DNA from: a virus
Taxonomy: Duplodnaviria; Caudoviricetes
Virus record (IMG/VR): IMGVR_UViG_3300033067_001623
Location: 1-47,338 of that record
Strand: one strand, 5' to 3'
DNA length: 47,338 nt
Made by a program: the position numbers and the translations under genes. Below are positions 18,005-27,521 of the stretch, in pieces. The notes under the pieces were generated by a model. That model was not told the origin of the DNA. It ran no database searches and worked only from the letters and a program-made list of their open reading frames with translations. How positions within the stretch are numbered: position 1 is the stretch's first letter; the number at the start of each line of letters is the position of its first letter.

Positions 18005-18808
18005 ATGGATTTAAAGAAATTAAGAAAAAAGTTACAAGACTTAGAAACAAAAAATCAAAAACAGAAGGGAGGAAATAAATTAATTTGGAAACCTGAGGAA
18101 GGCGCACAAGTAATACGTATTGTACCATATAAGTATGATGAAGAATGGCCTTTTGTGGAGTTGTATTTTTATTACATGTTTGAAAGAAAAACAATATTAT
18201 CTCCTACATCGTTTGGTAAAGCAGATCCCATTAAAGATTTTTGTGATACATTAATGCAAACAGGTGAAAAAGAGGATTATATCTTAGCTAAAAAATTACA
18301 GGCTAAATTAAGAATTTATGTTCCTATATTAGTGAGAGGAAAAGAAGACGAAGGCGTTAAATATTGGGGATTTGGAAATCAAATATATACTGAATTAGTT
18401 AAAACAATTAACGATCCTGATTACGGTGATATAACCGATTTAGAAACAGGAAGAGATATTACAATTGAATATGCTCCAGCAGTTTCTAAGGAAGCATATC
18501 CTACGACTACAATTCGTGTTAAACCTAACAAAACATTGACATGTCCTAATAAGGATGTAGAAAAAGCCATCAAAAACATGGAGGATATTAAATCAGCCTG
18601 GGAAGAAGTTGAATATGATGATTTAAAAACAATATTGCAAAAGTTTATTGATAATACTCCGGACGATGAAGCAGATGCAGTTTTAGGTGAACCTAAGAAA
18701 GAGGACTCCTTTTTAGACGAAATCAGTTCTCCGGTAGATAAGGAACAAACAAAAGTACTTGACAAATCCAAAGTTTCAGATGAATTCGATGATCTATTCG
18801 ATGAATAA
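18005..18808 (+). CDS. Single-stranded DNA-binding protein (gp32-like)
   Basis: WKP..G...IRI.P, W.FG..I, DITD...G.D motifs and acidic C-terminal tail DEFDDLFDE. Confidence 0.88.
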   Translation: MDLKKLRKKLQDLETKNQKQKGGNKLIWKPEEGAQVIRIVPYKYDEEWPFVELYFYYMFERKTILSPTSFGKADPIKDFCDTLMQTGEKEDYILAKKLQAKLRIYVPILVRGKEDEGVKYWGFGNQIYTELVKTINDPDYGDITDLETGRDITIEYAPAVSKEAYPTTTIRVKPNKTLTCPNKDVEKAIKNMEDIKSAWEEVEYDDLKTILQKFIDNTPDDEADAVLGEPKKEDSFLDEISSPVDKEQTKVLDKSKVSDEFDDLFDE

Positions 18809-18836
18809 CACAAGCACTCGACAGTGTTAATTTTAC

Positions 18837-18863
18837 AGGGAGGTGCAATGCCTCCCTATTTTT
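18837..18863 (+). terminator. Rho-independent terminator
   Basis: Hairpin AGGGAGGT-gcaat-GCCTCCCT followed by ATTTTT, after the SSB gene. Confidence 0.85.
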
Positions 18864-18889
18864 AATTATAATATTATATAAGGATTGTA

Positions 18890-20140
18890 ATGGCAAAAAA
18901 GAAAATTGAGGAAACCCAAGATTCGTTGGGTGATATCATGGCCGCATCAATAAAAAAGAAGCCATCAAAAAAGAGTATTGAACCACAACTTTCATTAAGT
19001 GAAATGGAAGATGTTTTAGCAAATGATATAATAACCGGTGTTAATACAGCATTAAAAGGAAACGCACATCAATCAGCATATTATTTATCTGATCCTTCAA
19101 TTAACGCAGACGTAAAATATTGGGTATCTACAGGATGTTCTATATTAGATTTAGCAATATCTAATAGACCAAATGGAGGATTTCCAGTGGGTAGGATTTC
19201 AGAAGTTACAGGATTGGAACAATCTGGTAAATCTTTATTAGCAGCTCATGCATTAGCATCAACCCAAAAAATGGGAGGTTTAGCAATATTAATTGATACA
19301 GAAGCAGCAATTTCTAAAGAGTACATGTCAGCTATTGGAATTGATATTGATAAGTTGCTTTATTTACCATTAGAAACAATGGAAGATATATTTGAAGCAA
19401 TTGAGACAATTATTACAAAGGTACGACAAAAGCAAAAAGATAAAATAGTTACAATTGTTGTGGACTCAGTAATGGGAGCTAGTACAAAACAAGAACTCGA
19501 AGCGGGTTTTGATAAAGATGGTTACGCGACATCAAAATCTATTATTATTTCAAAAGGAATGCGTAAGTTAACTAATTTAATTTCTAGACAACATATATGT
19601 TTAATTTTTACTAATCAACTACGTGTTAAAATGAATGTAATAGGTTTCGCCGACCCATATACTACCTCAGGAGGTAAAGCTTTAGCATTTCATTCATCTG
19701 TTAGATTAAGACTTAAATCATTAGGTCAAATCAAATCAAAGGTAAAAGGAATTGAAATTACAGTAGGAGGGAAAACTGAATGTATTGTGCAAAAAAATCG
19801 TATGGGTCCTCCATTAAGAAAAGTACAATACGATATTTATTTTGAATCAGGAATTGATAATTATGGTTCTTGGTTAATGGCTTTAAAAAATTATAATCTT
19901 GTACAATTAAACGGTGCAGTATATTCATTTGATTATTGTTTTGATAAGACAACAGGAGAAACTGAAGAATTGAGATTTCAGTCAAAGAATTTTAAAGATT
20001 TATTAGACGCCAGGCCTGAATTAAAAGAAGAAATATATGAAATGATATGTGATAAATATGTTATGGAGTATAAAGCAAATAAAGATTTTGGTATAGATGA
20101 TGTTACAGTAGATACAAACTTTTTAGGAGAAGATTCATAA
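18890..20140 (+). CDS. uvsX: RecA/UvsX recombinase
   Basis: STG...LD, G.P.GRI.E, Walker A GLEQSGKS, IDTE, VVDSV, NQLR, GG.AL.F.SSVRL and KNR.GPP motifs. Confidence 0.95.
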   Translation: MAKKKIEETQDSLGDIMAASIKKKPSKKSIEPQLSLSEMEDVLANDIITGVNTALKGNAHQSAYYLSDPSINADVKYWVSTGCSILDLAISNRPNGGFPVGRISEVTGLEQSGKSLLAAHALASTQKMGGLAILIDTEAAISKEYMSAIGIDIDKLLYLPLETMEDIFEAIETIITKVRQKQKDKIVTIVVDSVMGASTKQELEAGFDKDGYATSKSIIISKGMRKLTNLISRQHICLIFTNQLRVKMNVIGFADPYTTSGGKALAFHSSVRLRLKSLGQIKSKVKGIEITVGGKTECIVQKNRMGPPLRKVQYDIYFESGIDNYGSWLMALKNYNLVQLNGAVYSFDYCFDKTTGETEELRFQSKNFKDLLDARPELKEEIYEMICDKYVMEYKANKDFGIDDVTVDTNFLGEDS

Positions 20141-20148
20141 ATTAAAAT

Positions 20149-21183
20149 ATGGGAAAATATCAAAATATATTTGATAAGTTAATCATAAATGAAAATAAAG
20201 ATGATAATGTACTAATTATTGATGGTACTAATGCTTTCATACGATCATTTTCTTGTAATCCCGCGTTAAATGAACAAGGCCAACATATTGGAGGTTTATA
20301 TGGATTATTACTGAGCATTGGATCTAACATTCGAATGTTTAATGCCACAAGATGTATTTTAGTATTTGATGGTAGGGGAGGTTCTCAACGTCGAAAAAAA
20401 TTATATCCGGAATATAAAGCACAAAGAGCGACGAATAAGCAGAGAATGAATAGAATGGAACATTTCAAATCCAAGGAAGAAGAAATTGAATCAATGAAAT
20501 GGCAATTTTCCAGATTGTATCAATATTTGGAAACATTACCCTTAACTATTCTTTGTTTAGATAATATTGAGGCAGATGATGTAATAGCATATATTACAAA
20601 ACAATACTTTGAAAAGAAATCTAATTCAATTACAATTGTCTCCACAGATCGAGATTTTTATCAATTAGTAGATGATAGAATAACAGTATATTCGCCTACA
20701 AAAAAGATTATGTATGATAGCAAAAAACTTCAGGAAGAGTTTGAATTTCATCCTAATAACTACTTGTTGTATAGAATGTTAACAGGTGATGCATCTGATA
20801 ATATTACTGGTATAAAAGGGATAGGATTAAAAACTTTTAATAAGTTATTTGAAACAGAAAATGAAATGACTTTACAAGAATTTAAAGAGATTGTAAAGGA
20901 TAAAGTAAAAAATGATTTTAAAGTACCAAAAGTTTTAACTGAGATTTATAAAAAGATGGATAATATCTTAGATAGAAATTACAAGTTAATGCAATTAGAA
21001 GAAACAGATATTTCAGGTCATTCAAAAATGGCTATTATTGAAGGAGTTGAGAAGGAAATACCACAATTAAATCGCGGGAAGTTTAGAAGATTGTGTTTAG
21101 AGGATGAATTACATTATAATTTTAAAAATGTTGATGATTGGCTCAATAGAACATTTAATACATTAAATTCATATGGCAGTTAA
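20149..21183 (+). CDS. 5'-3' exonuclease/flap endonuclease (T4 RNase H-like)
   Basis: IIDG.N, VFDG, YKA.R, EADDVI, STD.DF.QL and GD.SDNI.GI.GIG.KT motifs. Confidence 0.93.
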   Translation: MGKYQNIFDKLIINENKDDNVLIIDGTNAFIRSFSCNPALNEQGQHIGGLYGLLLSIGSNIRMFNATRCILVFDGRGGSQRRKKLYPEYKAQRATNKQRMNRMEHFKSKEEEIESMKWQFSRLYQYLETLPLTILCLDNIEADDVIAYITKQYFEKKSNSITIVSTDRDFYQLVDDRITVYSPTKKIMYDSKKLQEEFEFHPNNYLLYRMLTGDASDNITGIKGIGLKTFNKLFETENEMTLQEFKEIVKDKVKNDFKVPKVLTEIYKKMDNILDRNYKLMQLEETDISGHSKMAIIEGVEKEIPQLNRGKFRRLCLEDELHYNFKNVDDWLNRTFNTLNSYGS

Positions 21184-22555
21184 GGTAGAAGAGCAAACAT
21201 TAAATTCGTATGGGCACACGTTTACAGTTAAGATAATCTGTTCATTATTAACAGACGTTTCTTTTATAGGAAGAGTCTTTGATATACTTAAACCAGAATA
21301 TTTTGATAATACTTCATTTAAATGGATTGTAAATGAAATATTACAACATTATTTAGATTATAAATGTATTCCTACGATGGATGTTTTGAAGGTTAAAGTA
21401 AATAACCTTTCAGGTACTGAAAAAACATTAGTAATAAAAACACTTAAGGAAGCATATCAAGTTGCAGAATCATCTGATCTTGAATTTATTAAGGAAAAGG
21501 TAATAGAATTTTGTAGAAATCAGGAACTTAAAAATGCCATATTAGAATCAGCAGATTTATTACAATATAATAGATTTGATGAAATTAAGAAAAAGATCGA
21601 CAATGCTTTAGTTAAAGGTATGGACACTGATATTGGTCATACTTATGAAACCGATGTAGATGTTCGTTATACTGAAAGCAAGCGCGAACCGATAAGCACA
21701 GGCTGGACAGTAATAGACGAAATAACAGGTGGTGGCCTAGCTCCAGGTGAACTTGGAGTAATAATGGCCCCAGCTGGCATTGGAAAATCATTTTTATTGA
21801 TATGTTTAGGTTTAGCAGCAAAAAGATTAGGTAAAAGAGTAGTACATTATACATTAGAATTAAATGAAAGTTACGTGGCTATTAGATATGATGCAATGAT
21901 AACTGGCATTTCTATGGATAATCTTCAATACCATATTGGAGATATTAAAACAAAAATTGAAAAAGTACCTGGAGAATTGATAATTAAATGGTATCCGACA
22001 AAAAGTATTACTTTAATTGGAATAAAAGCACATATCAATAAACTAATTATGTTAGGTAAAAGGCCTGATCTGATAGTAATTGATTATGCAGATCTATTAA
22101 AAACTACAGGAAATGAAAAGAAGCACGAAGCACTTCAAGATTTATATGAGGAAATTCGTGGAATGGCAGGAGAATACCAAGTACCTATTTGGACAGCATC
22201 TCAAAGTAATAGATCTGGAGCCACTGAAGATATAGTAACCGGAGATAACATATCAGAATCTTTTGGGAAATTAATGACAGCAGATTTTTTAATGTCTATG
22301 TCCAGAAAAACAAAAGATAAATTATCAGGCACTGGCCGGGGACATATTATAAAAAATAGATTTGGCCCTGATGGATTAATTTTTCCAATGAAAATAGATA
22401 CAACAGTTGGATCCTTTGAGTTCTTTGCTCCAAAATCCGAAATTGGTCAAGAGGTACAACAACAAATGAAAACCGATGCACAATATGATAAAATGTATAT
22501 GAAAAAGAAGTATACTGATTATTTAAATAAACCAAAAACAGAGGATGATATATAA
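21173..22555 (+). CDS. DnaB-like replicative helicase (gp41-like)
   Basis: Walker A APAGIGKS; TLEL, IDYADL, WTASQ.NR and KNRFG motifs. Confidence 0.95.
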   Translation: MAVKVEEQTLNSYGHTFTVKIICSLLTDVSFIGRVFDILKPEYFDNTSFKWIVNEILQHYLDYKCIPTMDVLKVKVNNLSGTEKTLVIKTLKEAYQVAESSDLEFIKEKVIEFCRNQELKNAILESADLLQYNRFDEIKKKIDNALVKGMDTDIGHTYETDVDVRYTESKREPISTGWTVIDEITGGGLAPGELGVIMAPAGIGKSFLLICLGLAAKRLGKRVVHYTLELNESYVAIRYDAMITGISMDNLQYHIGDIKTKIEKVPGELIIKWYPTKSITLIGIKAHINKLIMLGKRPDLIVIDYADLLKTTGNEKKHEALQDLYEEIRGMAGEYQVPIWTASQSNRSGATEDIVTGDNISESFGKLMTADFLMSMSRKTKDKLSGTGRGHIIKNRFGPDGLIFPMKIDTTVGSFEFFAPKSEIGQEVQQQMKTDAQYDKMYMKKKYTDYLNKPKTEDDI

Positions 22556-22571
22556 AATATTTTAGTAAAAA

Positions 22572-22603
22572 TTTGGATAATTGAAAAATACATTTTATAT
22601 TTA
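22572..22603 (+). promoter_or_regulatory. Bacteroidota-type promoter without the operator-like box
   Basis: TTTG(G)-N20-TATATTTA in the intergenic gap. Confidence 0.65.
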
Positions 22604-22620
22604 TGGAATATTAATAGAAT

Positions 22621-22854
22621 ATGGCAAAAGTAAATGTTCAAACAGATCCAGACTATAAGCAAATATTTACTAATTGTATTTATGTGATGGAAAGAATGTT
22701 AGAATCTGAAAGAAAACATTGGAAACAATTAATGAGCTATCCTAAACTATTTAGAGTTCCTGAATTTATAGAACGAACTGAACTAAGTATTAACAATATA
22801 GAAACTAGAATTAAAGAATATAAAACCTATATAAATGAAAACTATCCTGATTAA
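22621..22854 (+). CDS. Hypothetical protein
   Basis: 77-aa ORF after the promoter element. Confidence 0.55.
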   Translation: MAKVNVQTDPDYKQIFTNCIYVMERMLESERKHWKQLMSYPKLFRVPEFIERTELSINNIETRIKEYKTYINENYPD

Positions 22855-23155
22855 CTTATTACTATTTTGCTCAGTATCAGTATTTTCACAAAAAGTATAT
22901 CTATCAAAAGATTTGCATGATTGTGATGGATATATCCAAATAGTACAAAGATTAGGACAAGCAGATTATGTGGCACATATAACAAGAAATAGAGAATCTG
23001 CCAAAAAGAATCATGGAAATTGGGTATTAGTAAATACAAAAACGGAAGCAGATTTAAAATTATGTATTGTATCACAGAGATATGATGCAGTTAAGGTCTA
23101 TTTCAGTCCTTTTAAAGTAAGACATTTAGAATCACCATTTAAGAAAAGATTATGA
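22835..23155 (+). CDS. Small secreted protein (possibly DUF6150-like)
   Basis: Signal peptide MKTILINLLLFCSVSVFS|Q; repeated QAD/EAD-L motifs and G.W. Confidence 0.5.
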   Translation: MKTILINLLLFCSVSVFSQKVYLSKDLHDCDGYIQIVQRLGQADYVAHITRNRESAKKNHGNWVLVNTKTEADLKLCIVSQRYDAVKVYFSPFKVRHLESPFKKRL

Positions 23156-23430
23156 ATCAATATCAACAATATGGAGAATATTTTGGCTATCCACAATGTT
23201 GTATAGATCATTTTATTGAAGAGAAGGATACTAGCCAGGATAAGAGGAATAAACAAGATATTCATAAAAATTATGGTTTTATTCCATGTGATAAATGTTG
23301 TGAAAGAATAAGATCTGGAGAAATTAAAATAGATGATTTAATTCAGAATAGACAATGTGAAATGGATTATCCTTACGAGAATGAAAAAGATAAAAGAATG
23401 AGAGAACAATACGAAAAATATTTAAAATGA
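23152..23430 (+). CDS. Small Cys-rich hypothetical protein
   Basis: G..FGYP.CCI..F and GFIPC..C motifs. Confidence 0.6.
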   Translation: MNQYQQYGEYFGYPQCCIDHFIEEKDTSQDKRNKQDIHKNYGFIPCDKCCERIRSGEIKIDDLIQNRQCEMDYPYENEKDKRMREQYEKYLK

Positions 23431-23855
23431 AAATAGTAAAAACCTTTAATGATTTACCATTTCCTATATCTTATATAGAGGTAAAATCAAAAAAAATGCC
23501 TGTAATATTACTAGTACAATATCCTAGTTTGGAATTACGTGAAATTCAAGTTGAGTTCATGATAGGTACTAGTAATGTTAATAATGAAGAGTATCAGGAT
23601 ATTATGTCGGAAAAATATGGCCGAGGATATAGAGGAAAACATTTTTACTCTACAACACCTACCATTATTTCATTTGGAGAACACGATTCTTCTCTTTTAG
23701 ATACATTAGAAGCATTATTAAGAGGAGGTACTGTTATCGAAGTAGATTCGTGGGAAGATATTATTAAATTTTTCCACAATCAGTTTTTGGAACATTATAA
23801 TTTAAATGAAGAAGTAAATTTATATGAAATAAGATTAAATATTGATGTAATATGA
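23427..23855 (+). CDS. Hypothetical protein
   Basis: 142-aa ORF with ATGA overlaps on both sides. Confidence 0.6.
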   Translation: MKIVKTFNDLPFPISYIEVKSKKMPVILLVQYPSLELREIQVEFMIGTSNVNNEEYQDIMSEKYGRGYRGKHFYSTTPTIISFGEHDSSLLDTLEALLRGGTVIEVDSWEDIIKFFHNQFLEHYNLNEEVNLYEIRLNIDVI

Positions 23856-24703
23856 AAATAGATCCAAATAAATTATTAATTTCAGAAACGTTCTTTAGCT
23901 GCCAATGTGAGGGTAAAACCAATGGAGTACCAAGTGTTTTCATCCGTTTGACGCATTGCTCACTCTCATGTGGTTTTTCTCAGAAGTATGTGAATGATTA
24001 TAGAAGAGAGAAAATTCCACAAGGAACAGCAGGAGAAATAATAGGAGATTTACATCAAGCAGGAAAGGCTAGTTGGACGTGTGATAGTTTACCGATTTGG
24101 ATCCGAGGAAGAGAATGGGAATTTCAAGAATTAATTGATAAATGGAAAGAAGAAAATCTTTATGAAGATATTTGTAAAGGTATAATACATTTAATATGGA
24201 CAGGAGGAGAACCAACAATACCAGGACACCAAGATTCAATAGCTAATTTCAATGATTATTGGTCTAGACTATATATGAATGAGGTTGGAGAAACTTGGTT
24301 ACACGAAACAACTTATCAGGAAATAGAAACAAATGGGACTATTTATATTTATGATAATTTATTTTATTGTCTTAATCAAATTAACTGTAGCCCTAAATTA
24401 CAAAATTCAGGAATGAGTAAATCACAAAGAATTGTACCAAAAGCTATTGAACGAATAATGTCTCATAATAATTACCAGTTCAAATTTGTTATAAGTACCG
24501 AAGATGATATTAAAGAAATGTTTACAGATTATATTGACCCATTTAATATACCACTTCAAAATGTTTGTTGTATGCCAGGTTTGGATGATCCTACATTATT
24601 TCAACCAATGACTTTATGGGTTTACGAAATGGCAAAAAAATATAAATTCATAGCCTCGACAAGAATGCATATTTCAAATTGGGGCAGAACTTGTGGAGTT
24701 TAA
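23852..24703 (+). CDS. queE: 7-carboxy-7-deazaguanine synthase (radical SAM)
   Basis: ETFFS.Q.EG...G.PSVFIRL..C...C...CDS, TGGEP, IETNGT, SPKL, FKFV and R.H...W motifs. Confidence 0.9.
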   Translation: MKIDPNKLLISETFFSCQCEGKTNGVPSVFIRLTHCSLSCGFSQKYVNDYRREKIPQGTAGEIIGDLHQAGKASWTCDSLPIWIRGREWEFQELIDKWKEENLYEDICKGIIHLIWTGGEPTIPGHQDSIANFNDYWSRLYMNEVGETWLHETTYQEIETNGTIYIYDNLFYCLNQINCSPKLQNSGMSKSQRIVPKAIERIMSHNNYQFKFVISTEDDIKEMFTDYIDPFNIPLQNVCCMPGLDDPTLFQPMTLWVYEMAKKYKFIASTRMHISNWGRTCGV

Positions 24704-24974
24704 TATGGTAACATTCAAACCAAGACCTGCAGGACATTCAAGGGACTATACAGAACATAGTTTTAAAATTTCTAAAGAAAGATATTTAGAAGAGATTGAG
24801 AAATTTAAAAATAGGGATATAATTGAAGACTATATGGTAAAGGCCCAAGAATTATTATATCCTAATACTATAGTTGTGTCTGATAGAATAACTAAGAAAA
24901 TGTTTCCAGAAGACACTAGAACAGAAAATGAAATAACATCAGACTTTGTATGTAGTATAATAAATCGTACGTAG
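24693..24974 (+). CDS. Hypothetical protein
   Basis: 93-aa ORF; start uncertain (GTG or downstream ATG). Confidence 0.5.
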   Translation: MEFNMVTFKPRPAGHSRDYTEHSFKISKERYLEEIEKFKNRDIIEDYMVKAQELLYPNTIVVSDRITKKMFPEDTRTENEITSDFVCSIINRT

Positions 24975-25529
24975 ATGGAAATTATTCTGGATTTCGACGG
25001 TACAGTAGTAACACATGATTTTCCTAAGATAGGAAAAGATATAGGAGCTCAACCAGTTCTAAAAGCATTAGTAGAGAATGGTCATAAGTTGATATTATTT
25101 ACTATGCGCTGCAATACTATATTAGATTTAAATAAAATTGACTTCTTTGAACCAAATGATCAAGAAGGGCATATTGAAACATATTTAGACGATGCAGTAA
25201 ATTGGTTTAAAGAAAATGATATTCCTTTATACGGTGTTCAAACTAATCCTACTCAACATACTTGGACTTCATCTCCAAAAGCGTATGGGCAACTAATTAT
25301 TGATGATGCGGCTTTAGGTTGTCCATTGACATTTTTACCATCATTTCATTCCCGTCCATTTGTTAATTGGAGAAGTATCACCCAGATGTTAAATGAAATG
25401 AATCTTTTAAATAGAGATCATCATAATGATATTATGGGAGCAATTAATAAAGCATTTTTCATGAATTTAGTTTCAGACGGTCCAGATACAACAATAACCG
25501 AAGTAATAGACCGATTAAATAATAAATAA
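24975..25529 (+). CDS. HAD-superfamily phosphatase (BT0820-like)
   Basis: DFDGT motif I; LILFT.R, SPK and IDD motifs. Confidence 0.8.
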   Translation: MEIILDFDGTVVTHDFPKIGKDIGAQPVLKALVENGHKLILFTMRCNTILDLNKIDFFEPNDQEGHIETYLDDAVNWFKENDIPLYGVQTNPTQHTWTSSPKAYGQLIIDDAALGCPLTFLPSFHSRPFVNWRSITQMLNEMNLLNRDHHNDIMGAINKAFFMNLVSDGPDTTITEVIDRLNNK

Positions 25530-25530
25530 T

Positions 25531-26001
25531 ATGCAATTAAAAATTAAACTAACACATCCAAACGCAAAGATACCAGAAAGAGCCAATGAATATGCTGGAG
25601 GATGGGATGTATTTGCTGCAGAAATAAAACAAGAATCAGATGACTTTGTAATAGTCAATCTTGGATTCCAATTGGAAATTCCTATAGGTTATAAATTAAC
25701 ATTAGTTCCAAGATCATCTTTGACAAAGACAACTTGGATTCAGCAAAACTCGCCGGGGTTAGGTGACTCAGATTATCGTGGAGATTACTCTTATAGATTT
25801 AGAGCTATTCCTACACAAGCAAAGGAAGATCGATATTCTGGTTGGGGAGTAACATTGTATTATGATGGGTTTCCATACAAAGTAGGAGACAGAGTAGGAC
25901 AGATATATTTAGAAGAAGTAATACCATTGACTTTTCAACAGGTCAATGAATTATCAGAGACAGATAGAGGAGAAGGTGGTTTTGGATCAACTGGAAAATA
26001 A
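25531..26001 (+). CDS. dut: dUTPase (trimeric)
   Basis: AGGWDV, PRSS, G..DSDYRG, GDR.GQ and RG.GGFGSTG motifs. Confidence 0.95.
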   Translation: MQLKIKLTHPNAKIPERANEYAGGWDVFAAEIKQESDDFVIVNLGFQLEIPIGYKLTLVPRSSLTKTTWIQQNSPGLGDSDYRGDYSYRFRAIPTQAKEDRYSGWGVTLYYDGFPYKVGDRVGQIYLEEVIPLTFQQVNELSETDRGEGGFGSTGK

Positions 26002-26312
26002 TGGATATATTTGATAGTTTAGTAGATGAGTTAATTTATTATGAAGATAGATATTTAGATACACATTACCATATTTATTCTTTACTTCAATGGAATAATG
26101 ATAGATTATATTCAGAATACTTTTATAGTCTAGATAGATTTAAAACAGTTAGAAGATTTGATGTAATATGGAAAGTATCAGGAGATATATTGTCACATAT
26201 AGAACTTAACTATTCAATAAAGGTAGGACCATATAGTCATACTAAATTATTAATAAGAGAGTATAGGCCTGAAATTAAAAAATACTTAGAAAATTATGGA
26301 AATAAAAAATAA
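26001..26312 (+). CDS. Hypothetical protein
   Basis: 103-aa ORF, TAATG-coupled to dut. Confidence 0.5.
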   Translation: MDIFDSLVDELIYYEDRYLDTHYHIYSLLQWNNDRLYSEYFYSLDRFKTVRRFDVIWKVSGDILSHIELNYSIKVGPYSHTKLLIREYRPEIKKYLENYGNKK

Positions 26313-26358
26313 AATGACTGACAGAGTTAAAGTTGAAAATAACCAACAATAAAATAAA

Positions 26359-26390
26359 TTTGGAAATGACCGGATTAATTTTTATATTTA
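26359..26390 (+). promoter_or_regulatory. Bacteroidota-type promoter without the operator-like box
   Basis: TTTG(G)-N20-TATATTTA, ending 4 nt before the ATG at 26395. Confidence 0.6.
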
Positions 26391-26394
26391 TAGT

Positions 26395-26997
26395 ATGAAA
26401 GAAAAACAAAAAATAGGACCAATTCTTTATATTCACGGCTTTAATTCAGGACCTGGAGAAAAGGTTAAATCTTTACAAAAAGCATTTCCAAATGAGATAA
26501 TAATATGTCCTCAGTTAATTGATAATAATGCATCGAAAAGTTTAGAAATATTAGAAAAAGTAATTGAAGAACAAAAACCAAAGCATATTATAGGAACTTC
26601 AATGGGAGGATTTTATGCAATGTATTTAAGTATTAGACATTCCGATCCTTGTTATTATGTAATTAATCCTTCTTTCAATCCTCATAAGACACTGGAAATA
26701 TATATTGGAAAACAAAAGGAAAATTATATTACAAAAAATACATATATAGTAACCGAAGAGTTTATTCAAACTTTAAGAAATATAAAATTATACATAGATG
26801 ATTTTTATGGAACCAGCATGCTATATGGTACAGATTTTTATTTAGGAAGACATGATACTTTAATAGATTATACAGATTTTTGTGATTTTATATACAGTTT
26901 TGAAGAACCAGTTAAATTGCGAGTTACGGACAATGATCATAGATATTCTGACTTAACAGAAGTAATAAGTGATATAAAGGAGAACAGTTTTTTATGA
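26395..26997 (+). CDS. YqiA/YcfP-like alpha/beta hydrolase (esterase)
   Basis: LYIHGFNS, nucleophile elbow GTSMGG, INPS..P, D and DH catalytic positions. Confidence 0.85.
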   Translation: MKEKQKIGPILYIHGFNSGPGEKVKSLQKAFPNEIIICPQLIDNNASKSLEILEKVIEEQKPKHIIGTSMGGFYAMYLSIRHSDPCYYVINPSFNPHKTLEIYIGKQKENYITKNTYIVTEEFIQTLRNIKLYIDDFYGTSMLYGTDFYLGRHDTLIDYTDFCDFIYSFEEPVKLRVTDNDHRYSDLTEVISDIKENSFL

Positions 26998-27515
26998 AAT
27001 TAACAGATATTGCTAAACGGATTTTATTCGAAAGATATATAAATTTAAAAACTAAAACTGAATTATCTAAGTATATTGATGTTATTTGGGATTTAATTCA
27101 AAAGTCTTATGAAGGAATAGGAGGATATTTAGCAGCAGATTCTAAAGAAGATTTATTAAATAAGGTTGGATTTGCTAAATTATTTAAGTATGATGACAAA
27201 ATAATTGCTGTAGCCTTATATAAGGATAGTCATGGAAAGAAGGCAATAGGAAAGGCTCAAGATGGATCTAAATTAGGAAAAGATATTGTTAAAAGAATAA
27301 TAATAGATGATGTTTTGTTTAATAGATCTTGGGGCGAATTTTCTGGAACATTAGAACATCTATATTTAAAAGCTGGAGGAATTAAAATACCAAACTCGAG
27401 GGCAGCAGAATTAACTGGAAAGAAAATTGAAACGTTGGATCCAGATGGTTATCATTACGAAAGAATAATAAATGGAAAGTTAGTTAGAAAAATTATTATT
27501 GGTAATCTTAAATAA
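26994..27515 (+). CDS. Phage hypothetical protein with possible virion-targeting leader
   Basis: MKLTDIAKRILFE leader; W...Q.SY..IGG, YKD..G.K and DGYHY.R.I.G motifs. Confidence 0.55.
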   Translation: MKLTDIAKRILFERYINLKTKTELSKYIDVIWDLIQKSYEGIGGYLAADSKEDLLNKVGFAKLFKYDDKIIAVALYKDSHGKKAIGKAQDGSKLGKDIVKRIIIDDVLFNRSWGEFSGTLEHLYLKAGGIKIPNSRAAELTGKKIETLDPDGYHYERIINGKLVRKIIIGNLK

Positions 27516-27521
27516 TAAAAA

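Noticed and set aside
26314-26352. Tiny ORF MTDRVKVENNQQ
   Set aside because: Twelve codons with no supporting evidence; at most a gene remnant.
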